DNA of 55,548 nt. Source: Verrucomicrobiia bacterium. Lineage in GTDB: Bacteria > Verrucomicrobiota > Verrucomicrobiia > Limisphaerales > JAYPXF01. Positions 18,141-27,167 of the stretch are shown in pieces. Position 1 is the first letter of the stretch; every line of letters begins with the position of its first letter. The notes beneath the pieces are model-generated. The model saw only the letters and a program-made list of their open reading frames with translations, searched no databases and was not told the DNA's origin. A program made the translations under genes and the position numbers. The stretch lies in contig JADHOF010000003.1 in NCBI GenBank assembly GCA_016779125.1, forward strand, positions 1 to 55,548. The letters are read 5' to 3'.

Positions 18141-19184
18141 ATGAAAACGGCATTGAGAGAGATTTTGAATCGGGGTGTGGTGATTCCGGCCTGTCCGCTG
18201 GCATTGGACCCGGCGCGGCGCTTTGACGAGGGGGCGCAGCGACGGCTGATCCGCTACTACTCGGCGGCCGGTGCGGGCGGGGTCGCCGTCGGTGTTCACA
18301 CCACGCAGTTCGCCATTCGGGAGCCCGAACACGATTTGTTTGAAAAGGTGCTGACGGTCGCTGCGGACGAACTGACCTGTCTGGACGGCGGACGGGCGGA
18401 ACCGATGTTGCGCGTCGGTGGAATCTGCGGACGCACGGATCAGGCGGTGGCGGAGGCGAGGTTGTTGGGGGGCTTGGGTTATCACGCCGGCCTGCTGGGT
18501 CTCGGCGCGATGCGGGACGCGACCGAGGAGGAGCTGATCACCCATTGCCGGGCCGTCGCGAACGAGATTCCGGTTTTTGGCTTCTACCTGCACGCCGCGG
18601 TGGGCGGTCGTGTGTTGCCCTATTCGTTCTGGCGTCGGTTCGTGGAGATTGATCGGGTTGTGGCGATCAAGATCGCGGCCTTCAATCGCTATCAGACCCT
18701 CGACGTGGTTCGGGCCTTGGCCGAGTCCGGCCGGGAGGACATCGCGCTCTACACCGGCAACGACGACAATATCGTGATGGATCTTTTGACGCCGTATCGC
18801 TTCCGCGCAGGTGGGCGGCTGGTGGAACGACGCTTCGCGGGCGGTCTGCTCGGTCATTGGGCCGTTTGGACAAGTCGCGCGGTGGAACTGCTTCGGCGAT
18901 GTCAGGATCTGGTTTCTTCGGGGGACGCCGTGCCGGTGGAGATGCTGCGCTTGGCGAACGAGGTGACGGACTGCAACGCGGTTCTTTTTGACGCCGCGAA
19001 CGAGTTTCGGGGATGCATCCCCGGTGTGAACGAGATCTTGAAGCGGCAGGGATTGCTTCGAAGCCCGCTTTGTCTGGACCCGGGCGAGGTGTTGAGTCCC
19101 GGGCAGTCCGGGGAGATTGATCGAATCTGCGCCGCGTATCCTCATCTGACCGACGACGCCTTCGTCGCCGCCGCACGATTTTGA
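18141..19184 (+). CDS. Dihydrodipicolinate synthase-like (class I aldolase/dehydratase) family protein
   Basis: VIPACPLAL, GVAVGVHTTQF, FGFYL, Schiff-base Lys in VAIKIAAF, LYTGNDD. This looks like a divergent DapA-like subfamily, not DapA itself. Confidence 0.8.
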   Translation: MKTALREILNRGVVIPACPLALDPARRFDEGAQRRLIRYYSAAGAGGVAVGVHTTQFAIREPEHDLFEKVLTVAADELTCLDGGRAEPMLRVGGICGRTDQAVAEARLLGGLGYHAGLLGLGAMRDATEEELITHCRAVANEIPVFGFYLHAAVGGRVLPYSFWRRFVEIDRVVAIKIAAFNRYQTLDVVRALAESGREDIALYTGNDDNIVMDLLTPYRFRAGGRLVERRFAGGLLGHWAVWTSRAVELLRRCQDLVSSGDAVPVEMLRLANEVTDCNAVLFDAANEFRGCIPGVNEILKRQGLLRSPLCLDPGEVLSPGQSGEIDRICAAYPHLTDDAFVAAARF

Positions 19185-20566
19185 ACTTTCCGATTCCAGC
19201 CGAACTCGCCGGCATCTTCGACTCGTCGCCCGCCCTGGGTCGCTCGTTTCTCGTGGGCGGTTGCGTCCGGGACACCTTGTTGGGGCGCGAGGTCACGGAT
19301 TACGACGTCGAGTGTTTTGGCGTTTCCTACGAGGACCTTGTGCGGGATCTCCAACGGCACGGCCGGGTCGATCTGGTCGGTCGATCCTTCGGCGTGGCGA
19401 AGCTGAACACGCGCGCCGGGAATTCGTACGACTTCGCTGTGCCGCGCAGGGACAGCAAGACCGGGATCGGCCATCGTGGATTTGATGTGGAGTTTGACGC
19501 GGGGATTTCGCCGGAGGAGGCCGCAGCGCGGCGGGACTTCACGATCAACGCGATGTTCTACGATCCCCGCGAGCGGCGCTTGCTCGACTTCTTTGGCGGG
19601 CGGGACGATCTGAGCGCCCGAATTCTGCGCCACACCGGGCCGGCCTTTGTCGAGGATCCATTGCGGGTGTTGCGCGGGATGCAGTTTGCCGGGCGATTCG
19701 AGCTGACGGCTGATCCGGCGACGCTGGATCTGTGTCGTTCAATCCGGCACACGCACGATGAGCTGCCGTTCGAACGGGTTCGCGACGAATGGTTGAAGTG
19801 GGCTTCGGCTAGTGTTCGTCCCTCGCTGGGACTGGTGTTCCTGGAGAAAACCGGTTGGATGGAAAACTACCCCGCCTTGGTCGCGCTGCGGGACACGGAA
19901 CAGGATCCGGTGTGGCATCCCGAGGGCGATGTGTTGGCCCATACCTGTCATTGTCTGGACGCGCTGGTGGAGCTTCCCGTCTGGCAGGGTTCGGATCGTG
20001 AAACCCGGATCGTGCTCACGCTCGCCGTCCTGACGCATGATATTGGAAAGCCGGCCGTCACGCGGCGGGAAGCCCGGAACGGCCGTGAATGCGTGATTTC
20101 GCCCGGGCATGACGAGGCGGGCGTCGCCCTGACGGAGGAGTTTCTACGCCGGATGGGTGCGCCAAACGTCTACCTGCGTCGGGTGCCGCCGCTGGTTCGG
20201 TGCCACATGGCGCATTTGCAGGAGCCGAGTCAGCGCGCCGTTCGGAGGCTGGCAAACCGGCTTCAACCCGCGACGATTGATGAACTGTGCGCGGTGATGC
20301 AGGCGGATCACAACGGCCGGCCGCCGTTGCCGAAGGAGACGCCGCCCGCGGTGATTGCGATTCGTGCGGTTGCCGGCGAGCTTGAGCTGCAATCCCGGGC
20401 TCCGAAGCCCCTGCTGCAAGGGCGCAACCTGAAGGCGGCGGGGCTGAAACCGGGGCCGCGGTTTGGAAAACTGCTGAAGGCCGCCTTCGAGGCGCAGCTG
20501 GAAGGGGAGTTCACCGACCTCGCGGGTGCACAACGCTGGCTCCGAGGTCAGCTGTCGGACGGCTGA
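19181..20566 (+). CDS. cca: CCA tRNA nucleotidyltransferase / poly(A) polymerase family with HD domain
   Basis: FLVGGCVRD, DYD, RRDFTINAM, EDPLRVLR, ERVRDEW; HD domain WHPEGDV..HT..THDIGK; C-terminal PLLQGRNL..GLKPGP. TTG start overlaps the upstream stop. Confidence 0.85.
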   Translation: MNFPIPAELAGIFDSSPALGRSFLVGGCVRDTLLGREVTDYDVECFGVSYEDLVRDLQRHGRVDLVGRSFGVAKLNTRAGNSYDFAVPRRDSKTGIGHRGFDVEFDAGISPEEAAARRDFTINAMFYDPRERRLLDFFGGRDDLSARILRHTGPAFVEDPLRVLRGMQFAGRFELTADPATLDLCRSIRHTHDELPFERVRDEWLKWASASVRPSLGLVFLEKTGWMENYPALVALRDTEQDPVWHPEGDVLAHTCHCLDALVELPVWQGSDRETRIVLTLAVLTHDIGKPAVTRREARNGRECVISPGHDEAGVALTEEFLRRMGAPNVYLRRVPPLVRCHMAHLQEPSQRAVRRLANRLQPATIDELCAVMQADHNGRPPLPKETPPAVIAIRAVAGELELQSRAPKPLLQGRNLKAAGLKPGPRFGKLLKAAFEAQLEGEFTDLAGAQRWLRGQLSDG

Positions 20567-21003
20567 GCGCGATTGTTTCGCGCGCGGAATTTCTTCATGA
20601 GATCGGGGTGATCCTCAAGCACGGAGGCGAGATCATTCAGGCAGTCCACCGTGACCGAGCTGAGATGGTGCTCGATGCCCTCGATGTCCCTGAGCTGCGT
20701 CGGTTCATCGAGGCCGAGGAGACTGAAGAACCGGCTGAGCGTGGCGTGGCGTTTCTGGATGCGTGCCGCGACCGCGCCGCCCTTCTCCGTGAGCGTGAGA
20801 CCGCGATACTTCTCGTAGTCGATGAAGCCCGTTTCGGCGAGTTTCTGCACCATGTTGGTGACCGATGCCTGGGTGACTTCGAGCGAGCTGGCGATGTCGA
20901 CCACCCGCGCGTAGCCCTTCTCGTCGATCAGTTCCTGAATTCGCTCAAGATAATCCTCGGCGCTTTGACTGGGGCGATCGCTTTTTGAACTCGTTGCTGG
21001 CAT
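20548..21003 (-). CDS. mntR: DtxR/MntR-family metal-dependent transcriptional regulator
   Basis: EDYLERI, ARVVDIA..L.V..ASVT.MVQKL (HTH), YEKYRGLTLT, RHATL, EGIEHH metal ligands; no C-terminal FeoA domain. Confidence 0.85.
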   Translation of the reverse strand: MPATSSKSDRPSQSAEDYLERIQELIDEKGYARVVDIASSLEVTQASVTNMVQKLAETGFIDYEKYRGLTLTEKGGAVAARIQKRHATLSRFFSLLGLDEPTQLRDIEGIEHHLSSVTVDCLNDLASVLEDHPDLMKKFRARNNRAQPSDS

Positions 21004-21075
21004 CGGGGATGAAAGTGTTCCACAGGATCTTTCGTCCGGGCAAGGATTGCTTGGCGGACGAAAAGCCGCGTTCCG

Positions 21076-21137
21076 CCCGTAATCCTGCTACTACTCCTAA
21101 TCGTAATCGTAATCGTAATCCCCGATTTGGATTACGA
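21076..21137. repeat. (TAATCG)n tandem repeat with terminal hairpin, REP-like
   Basis: TAATCG x3 plus TAATC at 21098-21120; hairpin TCGTAATCC-7nt-GGATTACGA at 21113-21137. CTACTCCTAATC (21091) matches CTACTCGTAATC (416) with one mismatch. Confidence 0.7.
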
Positions 21138-21158
21138 GGGAGGGGAATTCTTTCGGGG

Positions 21159-22259
21159 TCAGGCCTGCGCGGGTTCGTGGGGGATTCCGTGGGCGGTGGC
21201 GACGGCTTCGCAGGTGAGCCTGCCGCCTTGGGTGTTGAGGCCGCCGGACAGCTCGGGATGCAGCTCTAGCGCGCCGGACAGCCCGTGCGTCGCGATGGTT
21301 TCGATATATTTGAAAGTGACGTTCGTGAGGGCCTGCGTGGCGGTGCGGCAATAGGCGGCCGGCATGTTGGCGACGCAGTAGTGATTGACGTCCTCCTCGA
21401 CATAGACCGGATCGTCGTGCGTCGTTGCGCGCGAGGTTTCGGAGCATCCGCCCTGATCGATGGCGATGTCCACGAAGACGCTGCCCGGCCGCATTTGTCG
21501 AAGCATGTCGCGCGTGATCAGTTTGGGAGCCTTGGCTCCGGGCACCAGGACCGCGCCGATAAGAAGATCGACCCGCGGGAGCTGATCGAGCAAGGCCTGC
21601 TCGCTGGAATAGAGCGTGTGGGCGGTGTGCAGCGAGATGTCGAGGAAGTGCATCCGCTCGACATCGACCTCCAGGATGGTGACGTCCGCGCCCATTCCGG
21701 TGGCCATGCGCGCCGCGTTCACGCCGGCGGTGCCGCCGCCGATCACGAGGACCTTGGCCGGGAGCACCCCCGGCACGCCGCTGACCAACATGCCGCTGCC
21801 GCCGCGTGGGCGGCCGAGGTAGTAGGCTCCGACGATGGCGGACATCCGGCCCGCGATCTCGCTCATGGGTTCGAGGAGAGGCAGGTGGCGGTTTACGGAG
21901 ATGGTCTCGTAGGCGATTCCGGTGACGCCGGATTCCAGCAACGCGGTGGTGAGATCACGGTTCGCGGCGAGGTGGAGGTAGGTGAAAAGAATCTGATCGC
22001 GCCGGAGCAGTGGATACTCGTCGGGCTGCGGTTCCTTGACCTTCACGATGAGATCGGCCTCCGCGAAGACCTGTCGGCGGTCCGCGCACAAACGGGCTCC
22101 GGCCCGCTCGTATTCCGCGTCCGCATAGCCGGCTCCGGCTCCGGCCGCCGTTTCGACGAGGACGGTGTGACCCTTCTTGACGAGCTGGTAGGCGGCGGAG
22201 GGGAGCAGACCGACGCGTGACTCCTGATTTTTGATTTCCTTTGGCACACCGATGATCAT
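21159..22259 (-). CDS. ald: Alanine dehydrogenase
   Basis: [77 protein letters not shown]. Confidence 0.97.
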   Translation of the reverse strand: MIIGVPKEIKNQESRVGLLPSAAYQLVKKGHTVLVETAAGAGAGYADAEYERAGARLCADRRQVFAEADLIVKVKEPQPDEYPLLRRDQILFTYLHLAANRDLTTALLESGVTGIAYETISVNRHLPLLEPMSEIAGRMSAIVGAYYLGRPRGGSGMLVSGVPGVLPAKVLVIGGGTAGVNAARMATGMGADVTILEVDVERMHFLDISLHTAHTLYSSEQALLDQLPRVDLLIGAVLVPGAKAPKLITRDMLRQMRPGSVFVDIAIDQGGCSETSRATTHDDPVYVEEDVNHYCVANMPAAYCRTATQALTNVTFKYIETIATHGLSGALELHPELSGGLNTQGGRLTCEAVATAHGIPHEPAQA

Positions 22260-22383
22260 GCCGGGAAGCTATGCGCTTGGAGCGGGTTGCACAAAGGGGA
22301 TTAATTGGATGGCGGCGAGCGTTCCTGTCGATCCGGCAACTTGATCGTTGGAACTTCGTGACGCGCTGACTATAACGCCCCGC
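22260..22383. promoter_or_regulatory. Divergent sigma70-like promoters placing the TSS at or near both start codons (ald and exbB-like)
   Basis: Plus strand: TTGGAA(22348)-17-TATAAC(22371)-7nt-ATG. Minus strand: TTGTGC(22294)-17-TAGCTT(22271)-6nt-ATG. Confidence 0.55.
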
Positions 22384-23010
22384 ATGCTGCCAAAGCTGCT
22401 CACTCACGGCGGACCGATGGCGTGGATCCTGATATTCACGAGCGCCGTCGCGTTGGCCGTTTTCCTCGAACGCATGCTTCACTACCACCGCGCGCAGATC
22501 AACTCGCTGGAGTTTCTCGACGGTGTTCGGAACGTGTTGAAGCAGAACAATGTCGTGGAGGGACTGTCGATCTGCGACGCGACGCCCGGCCCCGTCGCCC
22601 GGCTGGTGAAGGCGGCGCTGCTGAGCCGGGATCGCGGGCGCGAGGGGATTCGGGAGGCGCTTGAGGAGGCGGGCATGCAGGAGGTTCCCAAACTGGAGGA
22701 AAAGCTGAACGTCATGGCCACGATCGCCCAAATCGCCCCCCTGATGGGCCTGTTGGGCACGGCGCTCGGATTCATGGAGATCTTTGAGGTCATGGAGGAG
22801 CAGGGCCAGTACGCGCACGCCTCGCTCATGGCCGGCGGGGTGTGGAAGGCGCTGATCGCCACGGCCTTGGGTCTGGCTGTCGCGATTCCGGCCTACGTGG
22901 GCTACAACTACCTGGTCAGCCGGGTGAATCAGATCGTTCTCGACATGGAGCGCGCGTCGAACGAGATCGTCGGTCTTGTTCTGGAGTCGGGCAACAAGCG
23001 TCACGAATGA
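22384..23010 (+). CDS. exbB: MotA/TolQ/ExbB proton channel protein
   Basis: GGPMAW, ATIAQIAPLMGLLGT, GVWKALIATALGLAVAIPA..YN. Confidence 0.85.
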   Translation: MLPKLLTHGGPMAWILIFTSAVALAVFLERMLHYHRAQINSLEFLDGVRNVLKQNNVVEGLSICDATPGPVARLVKAALLSRDRGREGIREALEEAGMQEVPKLEEKLNVMATIAQIAPLMGLLGTALGFMEIFEVMEEQGQYAHASLMAGGVWKALIATALGLAVAIPAYVGYNYLVSRVNQIVLDMERASNEIVGLVLESGNKRHE

Positions 23011-23453
23011 GATACCCGCGCAATGCCAAGATCTTTCGCGGGCAACTGGATGTCGCGCCCTTTGCGGGTGTTTTCTTCTGCCTCCTGATTTTCCTGCTGC
23101 TCAGTTCCTCGCTGGTTTCGACGACGGGTGTGAAGATTGACCTGGCGCAGGCTGATGAGCTGTCCGGCTCCGCTGATCCGTCGATCGTCATCGCGGTGGA
23201 CGCGGAGGGGCGATACTACCTTGGCAACCGCACCTTCGGTGAGGCGGAATTGCGGGAACGTCTGCGCGGTGCGGTGCTTGCCGCAGCCCAGCAGGGCGAG
23301 AAGCTCGTGTTGGTGGCGTTGCTGGACGAGAAGGTGACCGGACAGAAACTGGTCCGTCTGGCGGAGTTGGCGCGGGGCGCGGGAGTCGGCCGCTTGGTGC
23401 AGGCGACCCGTCCGCGATTCCAGCCCTCGGCGGGTCCTGAAGAGCTGCCATGA
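23007..23453 (+). CDS. exbD: ExbD/TolR family protein
   Basis: LDVAPFAGVFFCLLIFLLL single TM, GVKIDL, IVIAVDAEG. ATGA overlap with exbB. Confidence 0.8.
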   Translation: MRYPRNAKIFRGQLDVAPFAGVFFCLLIFLLLSSSLVSTTGVKIDLAQADELSGSADPSIVIAVDAEGRYYLGNRTFGEAELRERLRGAVLAAAQQGEKLVLVALLDEKVTGQKLVRLAELARGAGVGRLVQATRPRFQPSAGPEELP

Positions 23454-24259
23454 GCGACGGTCTGGAAGAGTTGCCGCCTTGGGGCCGCGCCCGGTGGTTC
23501 GCCGCGGTGCTGCTGCTCGGGCTGGTCCACATTGGCGCTCTTTTTGCCCTGTCAGATCTGGGTCCCAGGAAGGGTTCGCGCGAGGCGGAGCGGTTTTCAG
23601 TGAGGTTGCACACGGAGCCGGGGGCCGCCGCCGCCCTGCTGGACGCGCACGCCCTCAACGATCCGACCCTGCTTGCGTCGGTGAATCTGCGCGGCTTTTC
23701 CGGTCCGGCCTGGCTGAATGTCGAGCCGCCCGCGTTCCGGCTTCCGGAGTGGCATGATGAGGAACGTTGGTTGACACAGGACACGGCGGGCTTGGGATTG
23801 GATTTCAGGAACTACGTTCGCACAAACCGGGGAACGACCTTGTCCGTCGCCTTTGCGCCGCCGCCGCCCGAGACCTCGCCCCTCGGCTCGCGACCCGGTG
23901 GTGACGTGACCCGCGTTCACGTCGCCGGCGACCTGGCGCGGCGGAGGATGTTGGAACTGCCCCGCCTGGAATCCCTTCCTGCGCCTGATCTGCTGCGGCC
24001 GACGCAGGTTGAAGTGTTGGTGAACAGGGAGGGGTTTGTCTTTTCACCGCGTCTGCGGCACGGGTTGATGATCACCGACGCGTCGATGGCGGCCGCGCAA
24101 CGTGCCGCCGATCGACGGGCGCTGGAGCTGACTCGCGAGATTCGCTTTGAGCCGAGGAATTTCCTGCCGGTGGGGGACGAGTTTCCCTTCACCAAAGGCG
24201 TGCTCAACTTTGTCTGGACCACGCACGCGCCGATCTCAACCAAGCGGACCGAGCCCTGA
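23450..24259 (+). CDS. Hypothetical protein, probable TonB/TolA-like energy transducer
   Basis: N-terminal TM with His (LVHIG), Pro-rich linker (APPPPETSP), and C-terminal VEVLVNREG.V...ADRRALEL..IRFEP..F resembling TonB_C. ATGA overlap with exbD. Confidence 0.5.
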   Translation: MSDGLEELPPWGRARWFAAVLLLGLVHIGALFALSDLGPRKGSREAERFSVRLHTEPGAAAALLDAHALNDPTLLASVNLRGFSGPAWLNVEPPAFRLPEWHDEERWLTQDTAGLGLDFRNYVRTNRGTTLSVAFAPPPPETSPLGSRPGGDVTRVHVAGDLARRRMLELPRLESLPAPDLLRPTQVEVLVNREGFVFSPRLRHGLMITDASMAAAQRAADRRALELTREIRFEPRNFLPVGDEFPFTKGVLNFVWTTHAPISTKRTEP

Positions 24260-24487
24260 ATGTCGCCTCACCTGATCATCCTGTCCTACTTTGTCGCCAT
24301 GCTGGTCGTGGTCTGCGGCAGCGGCTGGTATGTCGAGAGGCAGCGGCGTCGTTTCGAGCCGGAGCGGAGTGACGACAGCATCTTTCGTTGCGGGAAGTGC
24401 CGCTACGTCTATACAGACGATCACGGTGTCGACCGGTCGCGTTGTCCCCAGTGCGGGGCCAGCAATGAAGTGTTCCGTTTCTATTGA
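24260..24487 (+). CDS. Small membrane protein with zinc-ribbon (CxxC-x13-CxxC)
   Basis: TM helix IILSYFVAMLVVVC, then FRCGKCRYVY...RCPQCG. Starts immediately after the upstream stop. Confidence 0.75.
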   Translation: MSPHLIILSYFVAMLVVVCGSGWYVERQRRRFEPERSDDSIFRCGKCRYVYTDDHGVDRSRCPQCGASNEVFRFY

Positions 24488-24490
24488 TTC

Positions 24491-25390
24491 ATGAAGCCCC
24501 AATCCGTTTATCAACTTTCCGTCGTCACGTCCCTTGAGGCCGAGTATGCCGTCACGGAGATGCTTGCCGCCGTGCTTGACCGGGACGTGTCGTCCTATCT
24601 TGATTTTGAAAGGAGGATCTCCGTGGTCTCCTCCTATTTTGAAAAATCGAGGAAGCCCACGCGGAAGCTGCTGGCCGCGGTCCAGGCCGGGTTGGCCGAA
24701 GTGGGGACGACGGGCGTTGATCCGGGGGCGGCGGAGGTGCACGTCAAATTGTTGCGGGGCGCGGACTGGATGGAGTCGTGGAAAAAGCATTTTGTGCCGT
24801 TGGACATCTCCGGCCGCTTGCTGATCAAGCCGAGTTGGGAAAAGCGACGGCCGAAAAAGGGGCAGCATGAAATCATTCTCGATCCGGGCATCAGTTTCGG
24901 CACGGGGCATCACGCCACGACGTCGTTTTGTCTTCACCAGCTTGTTGAGTTTCGCCGTTCCGAGGCCGGGCAGACATTCATCGATATCGGATGTGGCTCG
25001 GGGATTCTCGGCATTGCTGCGGCGAAGCTCGGTTACGGGCCGGTTGTCAGCTTCGATTACAACGCGGACTCGATCCGCTCCGCCCGCGAGAACGCCGAAC
25101 GAAACGGTGTGTCGGACCGGGTTCGCCCCACGGTCAAGGACCTGACCCGGCTGCCCGTCGATACCTCACGAAAATACGACATCGTCTGTGCAAACCTGAT
25201 TTACGATCTCCTTATCGCGGAGCGTGAACGCATCGCGAACCGCCTGAAGCCCGACGGTCTGCTGGTGCTGGCCGGTATTCTTGAGACGCAGTTTCCCAAG
25301 GTGACCCGCGCCTTTCGCGAGATCGGGTTCAAGCCCGTCGTTTCGAAGGTGGAAGGTGAGTGGAAATCCGGTTCCTTCCGTCGCGGCTAG
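24491..25390 (+). CDS. prmA: 50S ribosomal protein L11 methyltransferase
   Basis: DWMESWKKHF.P, IKPSW, LDPGISFGTGHHATT, DIGCGSGIL, YDIVCANL, LAGIL. Confidence 0.93.
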   Translation: MKPQSVYQLSVVTSLEAEYAVTEMLAAVLDRDVSSYLDFERRISVVSSYFEKSRKPTRKLLAAVQAGLAEVGTTGVDPGAAEVHVKLLRGADWMESWKKHFVPLDISGRLLIKPSWEKRRPKKGQHEIILDPGISFGTGHHATTSFCLHQLVEFRRSEAGQTFIDIGCGSGILGIAAAKLGYGPVVSFDYNADSIRSARENAERNGVSDRVRPTVKDLTRLPVDTSRKYDIVCANLIYDLLIAERERIANRLKPDGLLVLAGILETQFPKVTRAFREIGFKPVVSKVEGEWKSGSFRRG

Positions 25391-25411
25391 GCTTGTCCGC
25401 CGGCTTGGATC

Positions 25412-25963
25412 ATGACCGCCGCGACGCTGTCGGACTTGCCCGGGGACGCGCGAATCCTGTTCACGGACGGGAGCACGAATCCCGCCCTGCGCATCGGGGT
25501 GGGCGCGGCGATGGCGGTCCCGCGAGCCTGGTTGGAACGGGACGCCGACCAGATCCTCCCGGATGAGGTTGCGGCTCTGACGGTCAGCAGGCGTTTCACG
25601 GACACGAGTTCGACCCGCTTGGAATTGGAAACCGTCCTGTGGGCCATGCGGGAGCACGCGCCCGGGAAGGTGTCGCTTGCCCTGGGAACCGATTCGCAGT
25701 GCGTGGCCGGACTGCCTGCGCGGCGTGAGCGCTTGGAGGCGACCGCTTTTGTGTCCGGCGCGAGCGGGGCGGAGTTGCGGCACGCGGATCTCTACCGGGA
25801 ATTCTATCGCGAGCTGGATCGCCGCCCGGTCGCGCTTTTCAAGCTGGCGGGCCACGCGGATTACCGCTACCAGGAGGCCGCCCAACGAATCTTCCATTTC
25901 GTGGATCGCGAGGCGCGGCGTCAGCTGAAACGGTGGATGCGGGAGCTGGATCGCGCGGCCTGA
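25412..25963 (+). CDS. Ribonuclease HI-family protein
   Basis: Acidic tetrad present: LFTDGS, RLELE, TDSQ, VDREAR, plus KLAGH. Confidence 0.8.
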   Translation: MTAATLSDLPGDARILFTDGSTNPALRIGVGAAMAVPRAWLERDADQILPDEVAALTVSRRFTDTSSTRLELETVLWAMREHAPGKVSLALGTDSQCVAGLPARRERLEATAFVSGASGAELRHADLYREFYRELDRRPVALFKLAGHADYRYQEAAQRIFHFVDREARRQLKRWMRELDRAA

Positions 25964-26006
25964 ATTGGTTTGTTTCGGCCAACCTTCTCACCAAGGATTT
26001 GGGACG

Positions 26007-27167
26007 ATGCGTGTCTTTCTAACCGTGCTGCTTCTGCTTGTCCTGTGGCCACGTCTCTCGCTCGCCGATGAGACGATGGACGCTTTGGTCGGGGTCTTGT
26101 TGACCAACGACGATCCCCAGTTGGACGCGGATATCCTGAAGGGTGTCCGGGATGGACTCGCGACGACGCGTACGATGGAGCCCCCGAAGGGCTGGTCTGC
26201 CGTGGAGAAGCGGCTGATGAAAAGCCCGAGCGCGGAAGTCCGTGATCTGGCAAATCTGCTCGCGTTGAAATTCGGCAGCCAGGCATCGATGGAATCCTAT
26301 CGCCGACAGGTGCTGAACGACGGTGAAACGATCGAGATTCGCCGCGCCGCACTTCGCGCGCTGTTGGAGGCGAAGGCTGCCGGTGTTGCCGGTCTGGCGA
26401 AACGTCTGCTGGACGTCCCCGGAATGCGGGTGGAGGCGATCCGGGCGCTGGGCGAATTCGATGATGCCGACATTGTCCACGAAGTGATCCGGCGTTACCC
26501 GCGACTGGAAAACCTGGACGAGCGCCGCGCCGCGCTAAACCTGCTGGTGTCCCGGCCGGCGCACGCGGGGAAACTCCTCGACGCGGTGGAAGCCCGCCAG
26601 ATTCCGTCGGCCCACCTCACGGCCGATCTGCTTCGGCAGTTGCGGGGGATGAAGGCTGCCGACCTGAACGCTCGCGTGGCCCAAGTGTGGGGCGTTGTGC
26701 GCGACAGCCCTGTCGAGAAACAAGCAGAAATCGCGCGGTACAAGAAGCTGCTGACCGCCGGGCCGGCGCGTGGGGACGCGGAACGCGGCCGGTTTGTTTT
26801 CAACATGATTTGCGGTCAGTGCCACACACTGTTCGGAGAAGGGGGCAAGGTGGGTCCCGATATCACCGGTTCGAACCGGTCTGACCTCGACTACCTGCTG
26901 CACAACATTCTCGATCCCAACGCGGAGATTCCGAACGATTATCGCCCGACCAACCTCGAACTGAAGGACGAGCGCAGTCTGACGGGAATCGTCACGCGCC
27001 AGGATTCGGAAGGGGTCACGATCGTCACGGCGGCCGAGACCTTGACCATTTCGCGGGATGAAATCGCGACGATGCGACAAAGCGATCTGTCGATGATGCC
27101 CGAGGGATTGCTCCAGGCGCTCAACGAGCAACAGGTGCGGGATCTGATCGCCCACCTGCGGCGATAG
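26007..27167 (+). CDS. Secreted HEAT-repeat protein with PVC-type c-type haem domain
   Basis: Signal peptide, helical repeats, GDAERGR..F..CGQCH..GPDITG..ILDPN, and SMMPEGL (axial Met). Confidence 0.85.
   Translation: MRVFLTVLLLLVLWPRLSLADETMDALVGVLLTNDDPQLDADILKGVRDGLATTRTMEPPKGWSAVEKRLMKSPSAEVRDLANLLALKFGSQASMESYRRQVLNDGETIEIRRAALRALLEAKAAGVAGLAKRLLDVPGMRVEAIRALGEFDDADIVHEVIRRYPRLENLDERRAALNLLVSRPAHAGKLLDAVEARQIPSAHLTADLLRQLRGMKAADLNARVAQVWGVVRDSPVEKQAEIARYKKLLTAGPARGDAERGRFVFNMICGQCHTLFGEGGKVGPDITGSNRSDLDYLLHNILDPNAEIPNDYRPTNLELKDERSLTGIVTRQDSEGVTIVTAAETLTISRDEIATMRQSDLSMMPEGLLQALNEQQVRDLIAHLRR

Noticed and set aside
18141-19184. Calling this gene dapA
   Set aside because: It has VHTTQF instead of GTTGE and no lysine-pathway context, so only a family-level call is supported.
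21016-21024. DnaA-box-like TGTTCCACA upstream of mntR
   Set aside because: An isolated one-mismatch 9-mer is expected by chance.
21097-21447. ORF ending in DYDYDYD
   Set aside because: This is the (TAATCG)n repeat read out of frame over ald, not a credible protein.
19181-25963. Nucleotidyltransferase plus RNase H as a defence or retroelement system
   Set aside because: Both look like ordinary housekeeping enzymes in separate operons, with no RT, effector or ncRNA nearby.
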